Assembly (NCBI GenBank): GCA_003344405.1
Contig: NOWV01000140.1
Span: 1 to 64,000 of the forward strand
Direction: 5' to 3'
DNA: 64,000 bases
From: Trichoplax sp. H2
Lineage: Eukaryota
Shown here: positions 1 through 17,147 of the stretch, one piece after another
Position numbering within the stretch: position 1 is the first letter of the stretch
Layout: the number at the start of each line of letters is the position of its first letter
Translations under genes and position numbers: made by a program
The notes under the pieces: model-generated
What the model was told of the DNA's origin: nothing
Seen by the model: the letters and a program-made list of their open reading frames with translations, nothing else
The model's database searches: none

Positions 1-347
1 TAGATAGTAGTTTGGTTATTTTTTAGCAATACAACACTGTAAACAATCTTGATGCATCCGGTCAATCGGTTTTAAGTCTAAGTAAATCATAAAGTGTCAT
101 GATCGTAGTACATCGGAAGAGAGCTATTGAGCATCATCTATTGGAGAATTTGCTAGCTGGCAGTAATCCAAAGAGCGACTATGCCTTCACCAGATAGTAA
201 TTTGGCTACATTTTAGCAATACAACACAGTAAACAACCTTGATACATCCTTTCCATTCGTTTTGTCTCTAAGTAAATCATAAAGTGTCATGATCGTAGTA
301 CATCGGAGAGCTATTGAACATCATCCATTGGAGAATTTGCAAGCTGC
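1..347. repeat. Two tandem copies of a ~190-bp unit; the array may continue left of the window
   Basis: AGATAGTA.TTTGG...TAGCAATACAACAC.GTAAACAA...CTAAGTAAATCATAAAGTGTCATGATCGTAGTACATCGGA...TTGGAGAATTTGC.AGCTG occurs at ~2-160 and ~192-347. Confidence 0.85.
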
Positions 348-1860
348 TAGTGGTCGACAGATCGGTCTTCGCAGCGTGCAGTATACTGTATTCCTCCTAT
401 CCGTGTCAACACTAGTACAGTACAACAAACTACTGCTGCCGTTCATAAGTTTACTACGAATATATCGGTGTATGGATAGTACTTATGTTGCATTTTAGCA
501 ATGCAACACTGTCAATAACATCCACTTCCCCTGGATATTTTTATTCCACCTTCAAGCCTTCAGGCCATGCTAACCAGGGAGGCGAAATTATCAACATGCG
601 CGCATCAACACGATACAACTGCGGTGAGAATACCATATCGTATTCCATGGATTTTATTCTTGATTTACTCTTTCCTGCGATCATCCATAAAACAGGCAGG
701 AAGTTGAAGTGTTGCAGGACTAAAGTATGTAGTCTGATGTTTTGCAATGCCATGTTTTGCTCTATCATCATCATCATTTAGATGTTATTCTCGCAGTTGG
801 CCCTCCGGCAAAACTCCCGCCAGGGGCTCGCACTTTTCTAGCCAACAGTATAGTGTTCACAACACCTTGTTGTGCTCCATAGTTTTTATTATCCCTGAAC
901 GCCCTTCGACGATTGGATATCGGAGAATCGGCAATCTGTCCGGGAGTTTTTTTTACGAAATATGCTATCATAGGCAGTAATGTGTTTAAAACATGATGTT
1001 ATACAAGTGGCTTTTCTATCAATGGCTGGTACCAGTAAAGCGCCAAGACTAATCCTATCCATTGGGTAGGCTTTTGGGTACCGCCCCTTCGAATATGCGC
1101 AGTTGCTTTCCATCATATTTAAATTAGATAACTATCCATCGAACGGTTAACCGTTGGGCATCGTTCCGATTGATCATCTCTTCCAGCGAGAAAATGATCA
1201 AAATTGACCAAATTAGCTTCAGGAACAAGGACCGCCAGCTTCTGTTGGCATCATTCAAGCACAGTTAGGACCTTGGTTATACGATCGATCGTAAGTATCA
1301 TGATGAATGATGAATTGATGATGGTGAAGTGGATCGGTCAATCAACAATTTTCCTATCCATTTTCTGTTCATTCCTATTGAATTCCACTGTCTTGCTTAT
1401 AGCATTGCATTAGCTAGCAATAGGAAATGATGGCTGATATTAGCCATCATGTATTCACGATCCATTCGAATGAAAGATTATGAAATCATTTGATCCCATG
1501 TATTGGGTATCTGGGATGTACTATGTCTCACTTACAAGGGATTTGTTTTCAAATCGTCAATATTGCCAACGAGCAGTACTGATCCAATATCTTTTCTTGC
1601 CGCCTTATTAGGAAAAGCGGTTTGTATACCAGTGCGCAAAAAAGATCAACCCTATATCTACAGAGGCGTTGACGACAATCAAACAGCAGCTGGTAATAGA
1701 ATTACTGATTGCAGATTAGAGTTCCATTGGGATTTCGATCAATGGGCTTCGATCGAGAGTGAACATTGACGTTGTGCTCGATCGTTGTAGCTCGATCTTT
1801 CCTTGTTAACTTCTTCCAACATTGCAACAAGTACTCGTAGAAATAGCGCTATCCAAGGAA

Positions 1861-4800
1861 ATGGTTGCCTTAGCGATGGAAGACATTCGAGCCCGTATTG
1901 AGACTTTAGACGATAACGAATTAAGGCGAGAATTTAAAAATTTGGGTATAGATATAGGCCCCATTACTGCTACTACCAAAGCAACTTTTATCGGCTTATT
2001 GGCTAAAAAATTGCATCGATTAAATGGAGGTGAAGTTCCGCCCGACAACGATCAAGACACGGATGTTAAGGTAACATACTGTGCTATAATCTACCATATC
2101 CTATCATTCACTTGCTATCAGAACCATCTATTTTCGATACAGTCGTCCTACCATGTTATAATTTGATTATCATCGGTTCATGACCATGACAATTGATGTA
2201 CGTTTACATTGAAGCAACAATTGTTTTGATACCTTCAGGCCGTTTCAAATAACTCTATCAACAGCTCTGCCGTTTGCCGTAAGAGCAATTCTGATCAGAA
2301 GCCATCGATTTACTACGGAGTTTGGTTAGGTGATGATCAGCAATCAACCGAGTCTGTACCCACGACTCCACTAGTTTTCGATCGAAAGAGTGATTTAGAA
2401 AAGTACTTGAAAGGTCATAAAACTGCTAGGTTTAGAACTTTCAAGAGTAAAAACGACGCAGAATGTTATTCTTTATCGACATCGCAATATGTAGTCAACT
2501 CCTCGCTCAATGGCAGCAGTCTCGATACTGAACCCCCACAACAGTACCATGGTCCATCTCGGACGATCATTAGTCACTTGCAACGTGCTGCTAGGTGTGG
2601 CTTGCTAGAACAGTATTCTGATCTAGTGGAGCAAAATCCTCGATGTTTACTTACTGCAGGTTAGAAAGGAATATTAATAGACATTTTAACTGTAAATTTT
2701 AAATTTTATCAAAGCCGTTCATAGTAATGTGTATCATTTACTGATGAAAAAATTGATAACGAGTAATTACTTTATACGTGCAACTGACTATTCCATCAAT
2801 CCCAACTCATACCATGGCTAGTAATACAGTACTTCTGCAGGGACACGATCGTTTCCTAGTCACTGAAATGATTCCCATCCATATTATAAAATTGTTACGT
2901 AAATTGTACTGCTTAGGAAAAATGGATGCATCCCTTACTGTGACTAGTGTCTGCAATTTTTGTCTATGTGAAATCCGAGTTCAATTATTTTAAAGTTTAA
3001 AGTTACTATTACGTGTCTTATGTTATGAAATGGATTCTTTTTATGGGCACTAGTACATATCTTGCTTATACTTATACTTGGTGTTTATTGATGGAATAGC
3101 AAAGTACATACAATTTGTTGATGGGATGAGTACATTATGTCAACATGTTATAGATTTGTCATTGTTTTTATTGAGATACAGCGATTGATATATAAAGGTT
3201 AACTAAAACTACAAGTTGTGATACCTATAGTATAATGTACCATAATAAGTGATATGTTGGTAATAATGGCAGCTTCAGCATACTTGCAACTTAGCATTTG
3301 ATCAATCCAAGCTCATACCATGGCTAGTAATATAGTGCTACTGCAGCAACGCTCTAGTTTACTACTGACTGAAGAGATTCTCATGCGTATTATAAAATAG
3401 TTGGACAATGGTAGTACTTAGGAAAATGCATTGATCGTTTATAGCCGCTGTATGCAATTTTATCCATATGTAAACCTAGTTGAAGTATTTTCAAAGTTAT
3501 AACTAGCCCCTCAGGTTATAAAATGGATTCTTTTCAATAGGTAGTTAATGATGGACTACAAAGGTACAAACAGTAGATTGATGGATGAATACTTTACGTC
3601 AACACATCTACAGATTTGTAATTGTGTATAGTAACTCCAAGTATGAGATACTGCGATTGATGACATGCTATTCTAAAGCTAGATTAGGTTAATGTTTACG
3701 AATGATCAGATGATATGATCGCGTGCGATTTTGTATGAGTAAACAATACGAGTTTTCTAAATAACTCGTTTTATTCATTTTTTGGTTAGTCTTTACGATG
3801 ATCAGATGACACGGTAGCGTGCAGTTAGTATGAGTCAACAAAACCGAGCTAAATAACTCGATTTATTCGTTTTTTCTTGTAGTTGAAACCCCGGTTATTC
3901 TCCAAGAAGGCTTACGTTATAATGCAATGCACTTTGGATCACATTATAATCAGCCTGAAATCTGCCAATATGTTATTGATAAATGTAAAGATTTGCAATT
4001 TTGGAAAAAGTTATATCCCAACGATGATTCTGAACAGCTGGGTCAAAATTGCATCAACATAGCTCTGGATCGTTACTTGAATACACCGGACAAAATGGTT
4101 ATAAATCATACTATCTAATCTTTATAGCAGATGCTTTAAGGATGCTTACTTTAATGGCATTCGTTTTGCTTGTTTAGTGTAGAATTCTAATAAAAAAAAT
4201 CTTATTACTATTCTCGGATTTAGCTGGCGGAGACACCGCTACATTTTGCTTGCAAGTTTGGTTTCACTGAGGTGGTTAAGAATCTACTCCATGAACCTGC
4301 AACCTTGAGAAATTGTAAAAATAAACACGGCAAGCTACCATTCGACGTAAGCCATTTTATAAAGTAAACTTTCAAACTTACTACACTAAGTGCACATCAA
4401 GTCCCTTCACTCTAAGAATTACGTATCGTGAAAAAAGTACCATTACCATAGGCATGGGTTCTCCAAGTAGAACGTATTGTAGCGTATTATTTGCGCCCAA
4501 CTGATGCCACTGCAATAGTCTCGTATTAATAATGTTATGAGTTCACTAATTAATTATAGTCTCTTTTTAAGTACACAAGCAGAAGTTGCATAAATCCTTA
4601 TGGCTTATTCAGTACTTTCTTATTCAACTATTGTGTATGCCTATTTTTATGATTTGCTTTCCACGCATTTTGATATGGGTTCTGTATAGATTATCATTTG
4701 AGCAATCATATTCCTTTCTGATTTTTCTACACAGCTTATATGTACCCGATACAACAATGAAGATAAACAAGAAGTTAAAGAATCGATAGAAAATTTATTT

Positions 4801-6470
4801 ACAGGTTACATATTAAATTACTCCTTAAAACAATTCGATTTTGCACATGGCCTATTCGTGAGATAAGGTAGTTAATCTTCCTATGATCGTACACATTTAT
4901 GTAGAACATTACTTTGTCCCAATTTACCGGGAAGATGATAATGTTGTACCGCCAAAGCTTGGTACGCCGTGCAAGTCAGATCAAATTAATTTGAGCTTTG
5001 ACGAAAGTCTGTTAGACAAAGCATTATCACCAATCGATCCCAAGCGAGTCCTAAGAGCCTACGCAGGTCCAACTTCTCCTGCTTTGGTAAGCTTCAATTA
5101 ACCTATGGTATAGTTAATAGATGAGTTTATTATTTAAAATGAGATTAGAAATACTTCTGGATCGTACTGTACTGTACATAAGTACTGTATTCTTTTGGCG
5201 GATAAACATTGCATTTTATAATATTAAAAATCTCTTTTCCGTTATCTGTATTTATCAATAACATAAGGCAAAGGAATTTCATAAATTGCTGGTAACTCCA
5301 TCGAGTATAGAAAAACGACGGGCTTACTCTGATATCAAGTGCCGAGATAGCGAGAAAGGAATCGAAAGAGTTGCCAGGTATGGCCGGGTATTCGATGATA
5401 GTTGGGACTTTAATGATGCCTATATATGTATTCTATTATCCAATGTTGTTACCCGTATGTACGTAGATTGGTTAGTCAACGTTCTGCCATTGATTCACCT
5501 CTGATTATTATATGCTATGATATTTCTCGATCTAGATCACTTGCACGAGATATGCAGGTTCCTTGGAAAGAATATTGGAAATTTATGGATGGTTATGCAG
5601 ATTTTATGACTTCTGATGGATTAATGAAGCTAGAGAAATATCTAAAAGAATCGAAAGCAAAGACATCAACCGCCAAAACAACGGGTTCGTAGCATGATTT
5701 TATATTTTACTTATCATCCATGTGCATTGTACGGTATAAACATCAGATAGATAGTTTGCAGATATTCGACATTATATATTTACGGTATGGGAAATATAGG
5801 TATTATTTTACTACTAGTAAAAGCTTGAACTGAAAATTACTCTATCTTTATTGCATTGGGCTGCATGCGTTTCCGTAGAATTAGATAATGTTACATCCAA
5901 GCTGGATACTATGAATTTAAGCGGTACTCCTGAAAGCAACACAACACCTCGACGTGGTGAATCGGACATGGAGACGGAAACAGATGAAAATACAGATGGA
6001 TTTCTTGTCGGGTAATTAAATTTCATTTTATTCTCAACCGGAGAATTTCATAGCAAAACATAGCAATAGCCATATTAAATAAGTTAGTATTTCAATTTTG
6101 ATGTGGTATTCAATTAACATGCCTGTATTCAAATGCATTGAAGATACAGTTGTATTTATTGTATGGATATCTGGCTTTTTAAGTAGAAAAATTGCTGGTG
6201 TCGATTTGGATGTAATGCGAGCAATAAGGCCAGAAGATCTTGATAGCAATAAGTATCCACTTGTAACTGAGTGGTACAATAAAGTTTCTTCCAAAGCCAA
6301 TGCAGATCAAAGTTACGATAGGTAAATGCATTGATGATAGTAGCATGCATGAAGTAAATGTAATTTAACTACGTGATCATTTCTCTGTTGACATTCTGAC
6401 TGTTATGCCAATTTTGAATTACCACAGGTTGAGAAAGAAACAGCTTGGTAAACGGATCTTATTCAAGTAA
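1861..6470 (+). CDS. ANKLE2: Ankyrin repeat and LEM domain-containing protein 2 (about 11 exons)
   Basis: LEM domain (LDDNELRREFKNLGIDIGPITATTKATF) in exon ~1861-2070. RNaseH1-N/caulimovirus-like segment KTARFRTFKSKNDAECY. Ankyrin exons ETPVILQEGLRYNAMH, YLNTPDKM|LAETPLHFACKFG. Conserved motifs YFVPIYR, AYAGPTSP, DSEKGIERVAR, VPWKEYWKFMDGYADF, YPLVTEW. GT-AG junctions, stop TAA at 6468-6470. Start ATG could be 1861 or 1877. Confidence 0.92.
2796..3660. repeat. Diverged ~400-500 bp direct duplication in ANKLE2 intron 2
   Basis: ATCAATCC.A.CTCATACCATGGCTAGTAATA.AGT.CT.CTGCAG at ~2796 and ~3301, followed by collinear shared blocks (TTAGGAAAA, AATGGATTCTTTT, GTCAACA...AGATTTGT, GAGATAC.GCGATTGAT). 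Confidence 0.75.
3695..3875. repeat. Two ~97-bp tandem copies at the 3' end of ANKLE2 intron 2
   Basis: TTTACGA(A)TGATCAGATGA...GCGTGC...TATGAGT.AACAA..CGAG...AAATAACTCG.TTTATTC.TTTTT at ~3695 and ~3792. Confidence 0.75.
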
Positions 6471-8696
6471 CTTTAAAACGGAAAGGTTCTGCTAATAGAG
6501 CATAAATAATAATATACATAGTACAATATGGTATACCGTCATCTTATGCATGACATTCAATTCTCAGAGATCTGTATCCTTTGAATTTAAATTTCAAGCT
6601 ATAGCACTTTTGCTAACTCATGTACAGGTGTATTGATCATGTTAGATCACCATCAACTTGCACTGTTTTCTATATCGTATGGTACTTTATTAGATTGTAC
6701 AGTAATCATTTTCAGCGATAGTGAACCATAACGGGTAATTGGACAGGGTAAATGTAAATTTAAAACTTAATCCTACAGGCATATTGTACTGTACTTTGGT
6801 GTCATGGATGTGATGTACCTAGCTGTACCATACCTATCAATGTCAAAATTTTTTCTCACTTTAATGTTTATTTTTCACCAAGCAATGGCTAATACACCAA
6901 ACACGTTTGAATTCAATATTGCCTAACTTTGTTTATTCATTTCTGTCAAGAAATAGATGCATATACCATAATTTATGGTTGTTTATAAAATAGATACGTT
7001 CACAATATGTAAAATAGTACTAGCGATAAAGATTTATTCTACGTTCTAGATTGAACGCTTGCGAATAGTATGTGATTGTATTACTCTCTCGATTTATTGT
7101 GGAATGGTCAATTTAATTTAGAAATTCTGAACATATCCAAGTATGAATTATATACCAAACACGTAAGTTGTCCTTTGATGAATAGCACTAGGATGACTTG
7201 GGTTAATCATTTCTGATGTAATCGCCATACCTTTTTAAAGTTCTAATGGTACTACTAACACCGTTTTAAAAAGTATTTTGAAATAAAATCTATTCTCAAA
7301 AATTGGTTAAACTTCGCTTATCGTGGTTTATGGCGATGTTTGTATGATGGTCAGCAACCATATCTGCTTGCACTATCTATTTATCCAAGGTTTCTAACAT
7401 TTTATGACAATAAGCGTTTGGAGAATTTAACCAACTTGGCGTAAAACGCTAGAACTATAGCCAATGAAAAAGTATTAACATTTTAGTCAATGATCTTTGA
7501 GAGCATTTGCCAGTTTATTTCTTTCGCGGTCTCTGTCATTGAGAAAATTAGGCCCATCTTTTTTGAGTCCTTAGCTAAATTATATTCTATACTGGGTGAT
7601 GAATACTGTAATACACATAAGTGCTCGATATTGACTATCAGTATCATTGCAAAGTACTGCTGTAAAGCGATGACGGATTGGATGTGACTGATAAATTCGA
7701 GCAATTTCCTTCTACTTTTTCAATTGCCTGGTGTGTGTACGATTTTAGCCTTATGTGTTAGACTTTCTTAACGCATTTAGCTCCTATCAGCTTGTGATTT
7801 TGTTTTGTTTTCTCGTGATGATTCCCTCAACTGTTCTGCTGCATATCTATATGATTTTGATGTGCTAGACTGCACGTTTAGTATCTATCCTTGCACCAGG
7901 CTGCGGTCTTGTTTCTTTTGTATTGATGATGTTGTAGGTATTTCTTATTGATGATCACTGCATAGAATCAAGTCTTTCCTGCTTCCCGTATGCTTAGGGA
8001 TATCGAAGCGGTATGCTTGTATAGTATAGAGACTGTATAATTTCTTTATTGACAAAATCTATCGGATTGTTATCTTCCCGAGCGCGATGGATGGAGACGA
8101 TATATTTTGTGAAATAAGGGACTCTGGTTAGCACGCCATTTATCCATTCTTGGATCGTATGATGGAATTGAGTTTAACTAGACTGTAATGTAGTAAACAT
8201 AGAATTAAGCAATAGCTGGACACGAGAGTAACGAAATAGGAATAAAGAGCGTATTCAATTGCAGCCTGAGGAAGTGTCAAAGCTGCTTGAAACATATATA
8301 ACGATACATTCAGAAAAAACTATATGGACGGAATAGATTGTTCATTTCAGGCTAAGTTGGATAATCACTCGGAAAATACGTTATTCATTTTCGTCAAGGT
8401 TAAGAGGGTAATAGCTCACTTTGCGTAGCACCTCTCTACAAACGTACAAACGATCGCTATACTTGTTATGGCTGAATACTCCTTTTGCATCTTGTCTAGC
8501 CTTGGCAACGATATGTTTGATCATGAGAGAAATGATACATTTTCCCTATTATTATAATTTTGTAATAGGAAGACCTTTACTTTGCCTATCTCATGCTATC
8601 GCAAAGTTGCTTATGACTGCAACTTTTGACAAGTGCTAGTAATACTGTACTGGACTACTAGAAAAAAGCCTTTCTTCTATTCCATGGCTAATATCA

Positions 8697-9003
8697 AACC
8701 TCAAGCAAAGGGAAAGCAACTTTCTCTTTGATACGACTCTGATTGTGTGAGTAGGACTGACTTCAGCTGCAAGATTCCATGCACTTACAGTAGTATCTAG
8801 CGTTGGAAGCGGAAGGCTACCATGTGCGGCTGTGCCTTCCTAACTATGCCTACTTTGCTTTACCCATATCTTCCGAAATCATGCTTAACATGGCATGTAA
8901 TCTCCTGATATCAGGCTATATCGAGACATGCATAGACTTTGCTTTGTCGGCATTTTGCTCAAGCTTCAACTATTCAACATTGCAAACTCAAAGTATGACC
9001 TGA
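8697..9003 (+). pseudogene. Decayed BTB/POZ-domain (BTB-Kelch-type) coding relic
   Basis: NLKQRESNFLFDTTLIV*VGLTSAARFHALTVVSSVGS resembles the BTB N-part (L..QR....CDVTL.V...F.AH..VL...S). After a frameshift, NYAYFALPISSEIMLNMACNLLISGYIETCIDF resembles the BTB C-part (Y.YT..L.I....L..A..L.I......C..F). Contains an in-frame stop and a frameshift. Confidence 0.5.
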
Positions 9004-9223
9004 CTTCAACTGGCAGATAGCATTCGCTCAAGATTAATTCGTCCACTGTTCTGTGCGTCTAACAAAGACGATAATATTATTCTGGCAGTAATATAATGCT
9101 TTAGAGTAGTGCTAGACAACAACGGCTACTGAAATACGATCACACAGGTAAAACATGGCCTCGATGAACGGGTGTTGATAAAGTTTTAATGTTAGGCTAA
9201 AGAGAAAGTTGGGTCATCAAGGA

Positions 9224-10080
9224 ACGGAAAGTCAAGACTGCACATTGAAGGTATCTATTCTGTGGAACAGAAATGTGTGAAATAAATGTCGCCCCTTATA
9301 GTATAGTGTCAAGATTTTCTACGCCATCTCCTTTACATCTTCTGATACACTGCGCGATGAGTGGGCTGCGCTTTCTTCGCAGAGGCTACAGTGTACAGTC
9401 ACGAACTTCTACAGTGTACTGTACTGTACAGACACCAGACAAGTACAAGATGTACTGTACAGTCTGTACAGTATTAGTAAAGACCCGCAGAGTACTGAAA
9501 TTGTGGTCTCCAGTCCACCGTCCGAACATCCTGACATCGAAAACACTTCATTGACTGATTGTGGTCATTTCAGTACCCCTTTTGTTATTGACGTGGTTGG
9601 ACTGTCCAGTGACGGAAAGTCAAGACTGCACAGCGCACAGTGCACATTGAAGGTATCTATTTTGTAGAACAGAAATGTGTGAAATAAATGTCGCCCTTAT
9701 AGTAGAGTGTCAGGATTTTCTACGCCATTTACTTTACATCTTCGGATACACTGCGCGATAACTTGTCTGCGCTTTCTTCGCACAGGCTACAGTGTACAGT
9801 GTACAGTCACGCACTTCTACAGTGTACTGTACAGTACAGTACAGTACTGTACACAAGACAAGTACAGTACAAGATGTACAGTACATGTACTGTACGTACT
9901 GTACTCAGTGTACTGTACTGTACTGTACTGTGTACAGCATTAGTAAAGACCGGGAGAGTACTGAAATTGTGGTCTCCTGTCCACCGTCCGAACGTCCTAA
10001 CATCGAAAACATTTCATTGACTGATTGTGGTCGTTTCAATACCCCTTTTGTTATTGACGTGGTTGAACTGTCCTGTGACG
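9224..10080. repeat. Head-to-tail duplication of a ~390/470-bp unit with an internal (ACAGT)n/(ACTGT)n microsatellite
   Basis: ACGGAAAGTCAAGACTGCAC starts both copies (~9224, ~9612) and both end TTATTGACGTGGTTG.ACTGTCC.GTGACG. Copy 2 has an expanded pentamer tract at ~9790-9935. Confidence 0.9.
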
Positions 10081-10466
10081 ATTGTCAGCCAACGAGCCCC
10101 ATACAGGTCGTCTGCGATGTGTCACCTATCGGTGTAGTCACTCGCCCGTGGCATCGTAGTCCAAGACAACACTGCTTTCTTCTTGCTTCTCTTTGAATTC
10201 TTTCTCTCTTTGCCATTTTACTCTATTCCGTTGATTGAAATTTCTTATTTTCGGCCTTCTTTCCCTTGGATTAGACACTTCTCTCGGCGTTATTGCGTTG
10301 ATCTGGCCAGTGGTGATCAAGGTAAGCAACAACGTCTTGAAAGATTGATTGTTTCCATTGGCAAGGAGCGAGAGAACATTACGTCAGCAAAGGCTTGCAA
10401 CTTACATTCATTGAATTACAAGCGTTGACAATTTCCTTCATTGGCGGTCCATGATTGCTCGCAATC

Positions 10467-14879
<4,413 letters not shown>

Positions 14880-17147
14880 GTCATATTTTGATGCAAGTAC
14901 TTAATTTTCTATTTATGGTATGTTTAATAACGGTAATATAATATTACTATAATACTTATCATGATTTTATCATCTCCAATCTTGGAAAATGTCATACTAA
15001 ATCCTTCAAGAAGTTGCATTTATAGCATTTACATAATTAGATAATTTCATATTATTGTTCGAAAACGTGGATCGTATCTTTAAGCCTAACTTTTAATTGT
15101 GTATCATATCTGTAACATAGAAATCAAATTTAAAACATCGCACCTATTACGTAACATATTTGATACAATTCTCGATTCTTGACAACATTTTAGAGCACAG
15201 TTTGCACTAAAAGTGCAAGTTAATTTAATTTATTATTGCCTACCCTATATTGAAATTCATCGCATATTATTTCGAGATTAAAACTGGGACTATTACAATG
15301 CATAGGTAATCAGAAAATGCACGCTGTAAAATATCCCCTGAAATCTTTATACTATATTATCGTTATTTTCTTGACTATAATTTATCAGCACATCTAGTCT
15401 ACTATCCTTAATTACTGAAATGCCTTCGCACAATTGTGTCATGTCATATAAGTTACTTTATATAAGATTGATATTCTAACGCGGTTCAAATTTAACTATA
15501 TCATGTAAAATATTTTACTAAAAGGAATGAATTGTATCGTTTTGTCCCATAATTAGGAAAGTTTATAATCCAATTTATAGCCTGATTTAAAGACAGATTA
15601 CCATAATCACACTTTGCGTCATATCTGCGTTCTTATTGTCGTTGTGATTCTACTATTAGAACATTTCATCTACTCGTATATCTATGTATTATTTCTGATT
15701 TATTCATTGCCATATTCTATGAAACTGTCTGAAAATTAATAAACATATTAGAAAGAGCGGTGATCAATTTTTATTCTGTATCGATGGATTCTATGTCTAG
15801 TTTCTGATGCAGTTACCTTTTTTCGCCATCTTTGCCTTCATCTAAAAATAAGCTACTATAATATTAATGAAAATAAACGTATATCACTGGAAAAGCTACC
15901 CATGCATTGCTTGTGACGAGGTAGATCAAAATCTCATGCTTTATGTACAACAATGGCCTAAATTTGAGCATATGCTCTAAAGGTGTTCGCTCCAATAAAA
16001 TTAACTGACCAAACCAATGTAGGTATTTCCGTTACCAGTTATAAAGATTCTATAAAGCTATTTTCTCGCATATATTTTGATGCAAGGGAAAACTATCAAG
16101 AGAAATACGTACTTTATCGGTATCAGGAATAAGGAAATGATGATTTATATATTTGGAGTTAGGTAACGGTTAATAAATGCTCTATTAAAACAAAATTATA
16201 CTTGCCTATAAAATTAGCTGTACAGTAGTGTCAAGGCAGAATGTTCCTACATTTACAGACACTTGCACGATTGATTTGTTCCCGTCAACTATTGAAAAAT
16301 TCCTTTATTTAATTGTTGCATATTTTAAATACCATAATAAAATTTGATGTATACGCGTATACAGAAAGAGTTTATTAATATCATCCCGCAATTAAGCTTT
16401 AATTTATTTAAAATAAACTTGCTTTCATGTTATAATATTGCGGTATTCAAATTATTATCGCAAGTATTGCAAACTTCATGTAAAAGTTGGAAGACCACAC
16501 AGAACATGAAATTACCAATGACAAATCGTTCAGGACGACAAATAGTATATAAACTTAATACTCAGTCAATTTACAGCAGCCAGCGTTGTAATTATAATGT
16601 TCTAGGGTTAATGTGATATTTTACGGGATATTAAGTTTATAAATCAATTAATATCACTCTCAAGATAACAGAATGCTGTATTGTCATATTAACTAATCCT
16701 GACACCAAACAAAAATCAATCCTATAGAATACTATGTAAAGTATTTACTCAGTATAGTAGACTGACGTAAAAGTACTTTGTCTAAAAATTGGATGAATAC
16801 ATTTCATTTTCTGTCCGTAAATTATCACAACAACAAAACTATTAACTACGCGATCAGCCAGAAAAATCCAATCTTAATGTGTTCCTTTAATGAAAATATA
16901 ATCATGTAATAAAAATTCCTGACAGTCCAACAACTATACCAAAAATTGAATAATTAAATCCATATTGAGAAGTGGTTACATATAATTGTACTAACATAAA
17001 AAAGGGATTCAATGAATTTTTTAGTTAAAGATGCTTAACAGGAAAACTTTTACAAATACATGTGCATGAATCTCCGCCAAATCGAAAGTATTATTGAAAT
17101 AAATATGAAACTGGATTGTTACAGAACAAAGAATTTCCAATGGGCAA

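Noticed and set aside
8130-8165. Kelch-like YDPRMDKW peptide on the minus strand
   Set aside because: It is a single short motif on the strand opposite the BTB relic, so it is likely chance.
9273-10196. Cys/Tyr/Thr/Val-rich ORFs
   Set aside because: They are by-products of the ACAGT/ACTGT microsatellite and the duplicated unit, with no splice or domain support.
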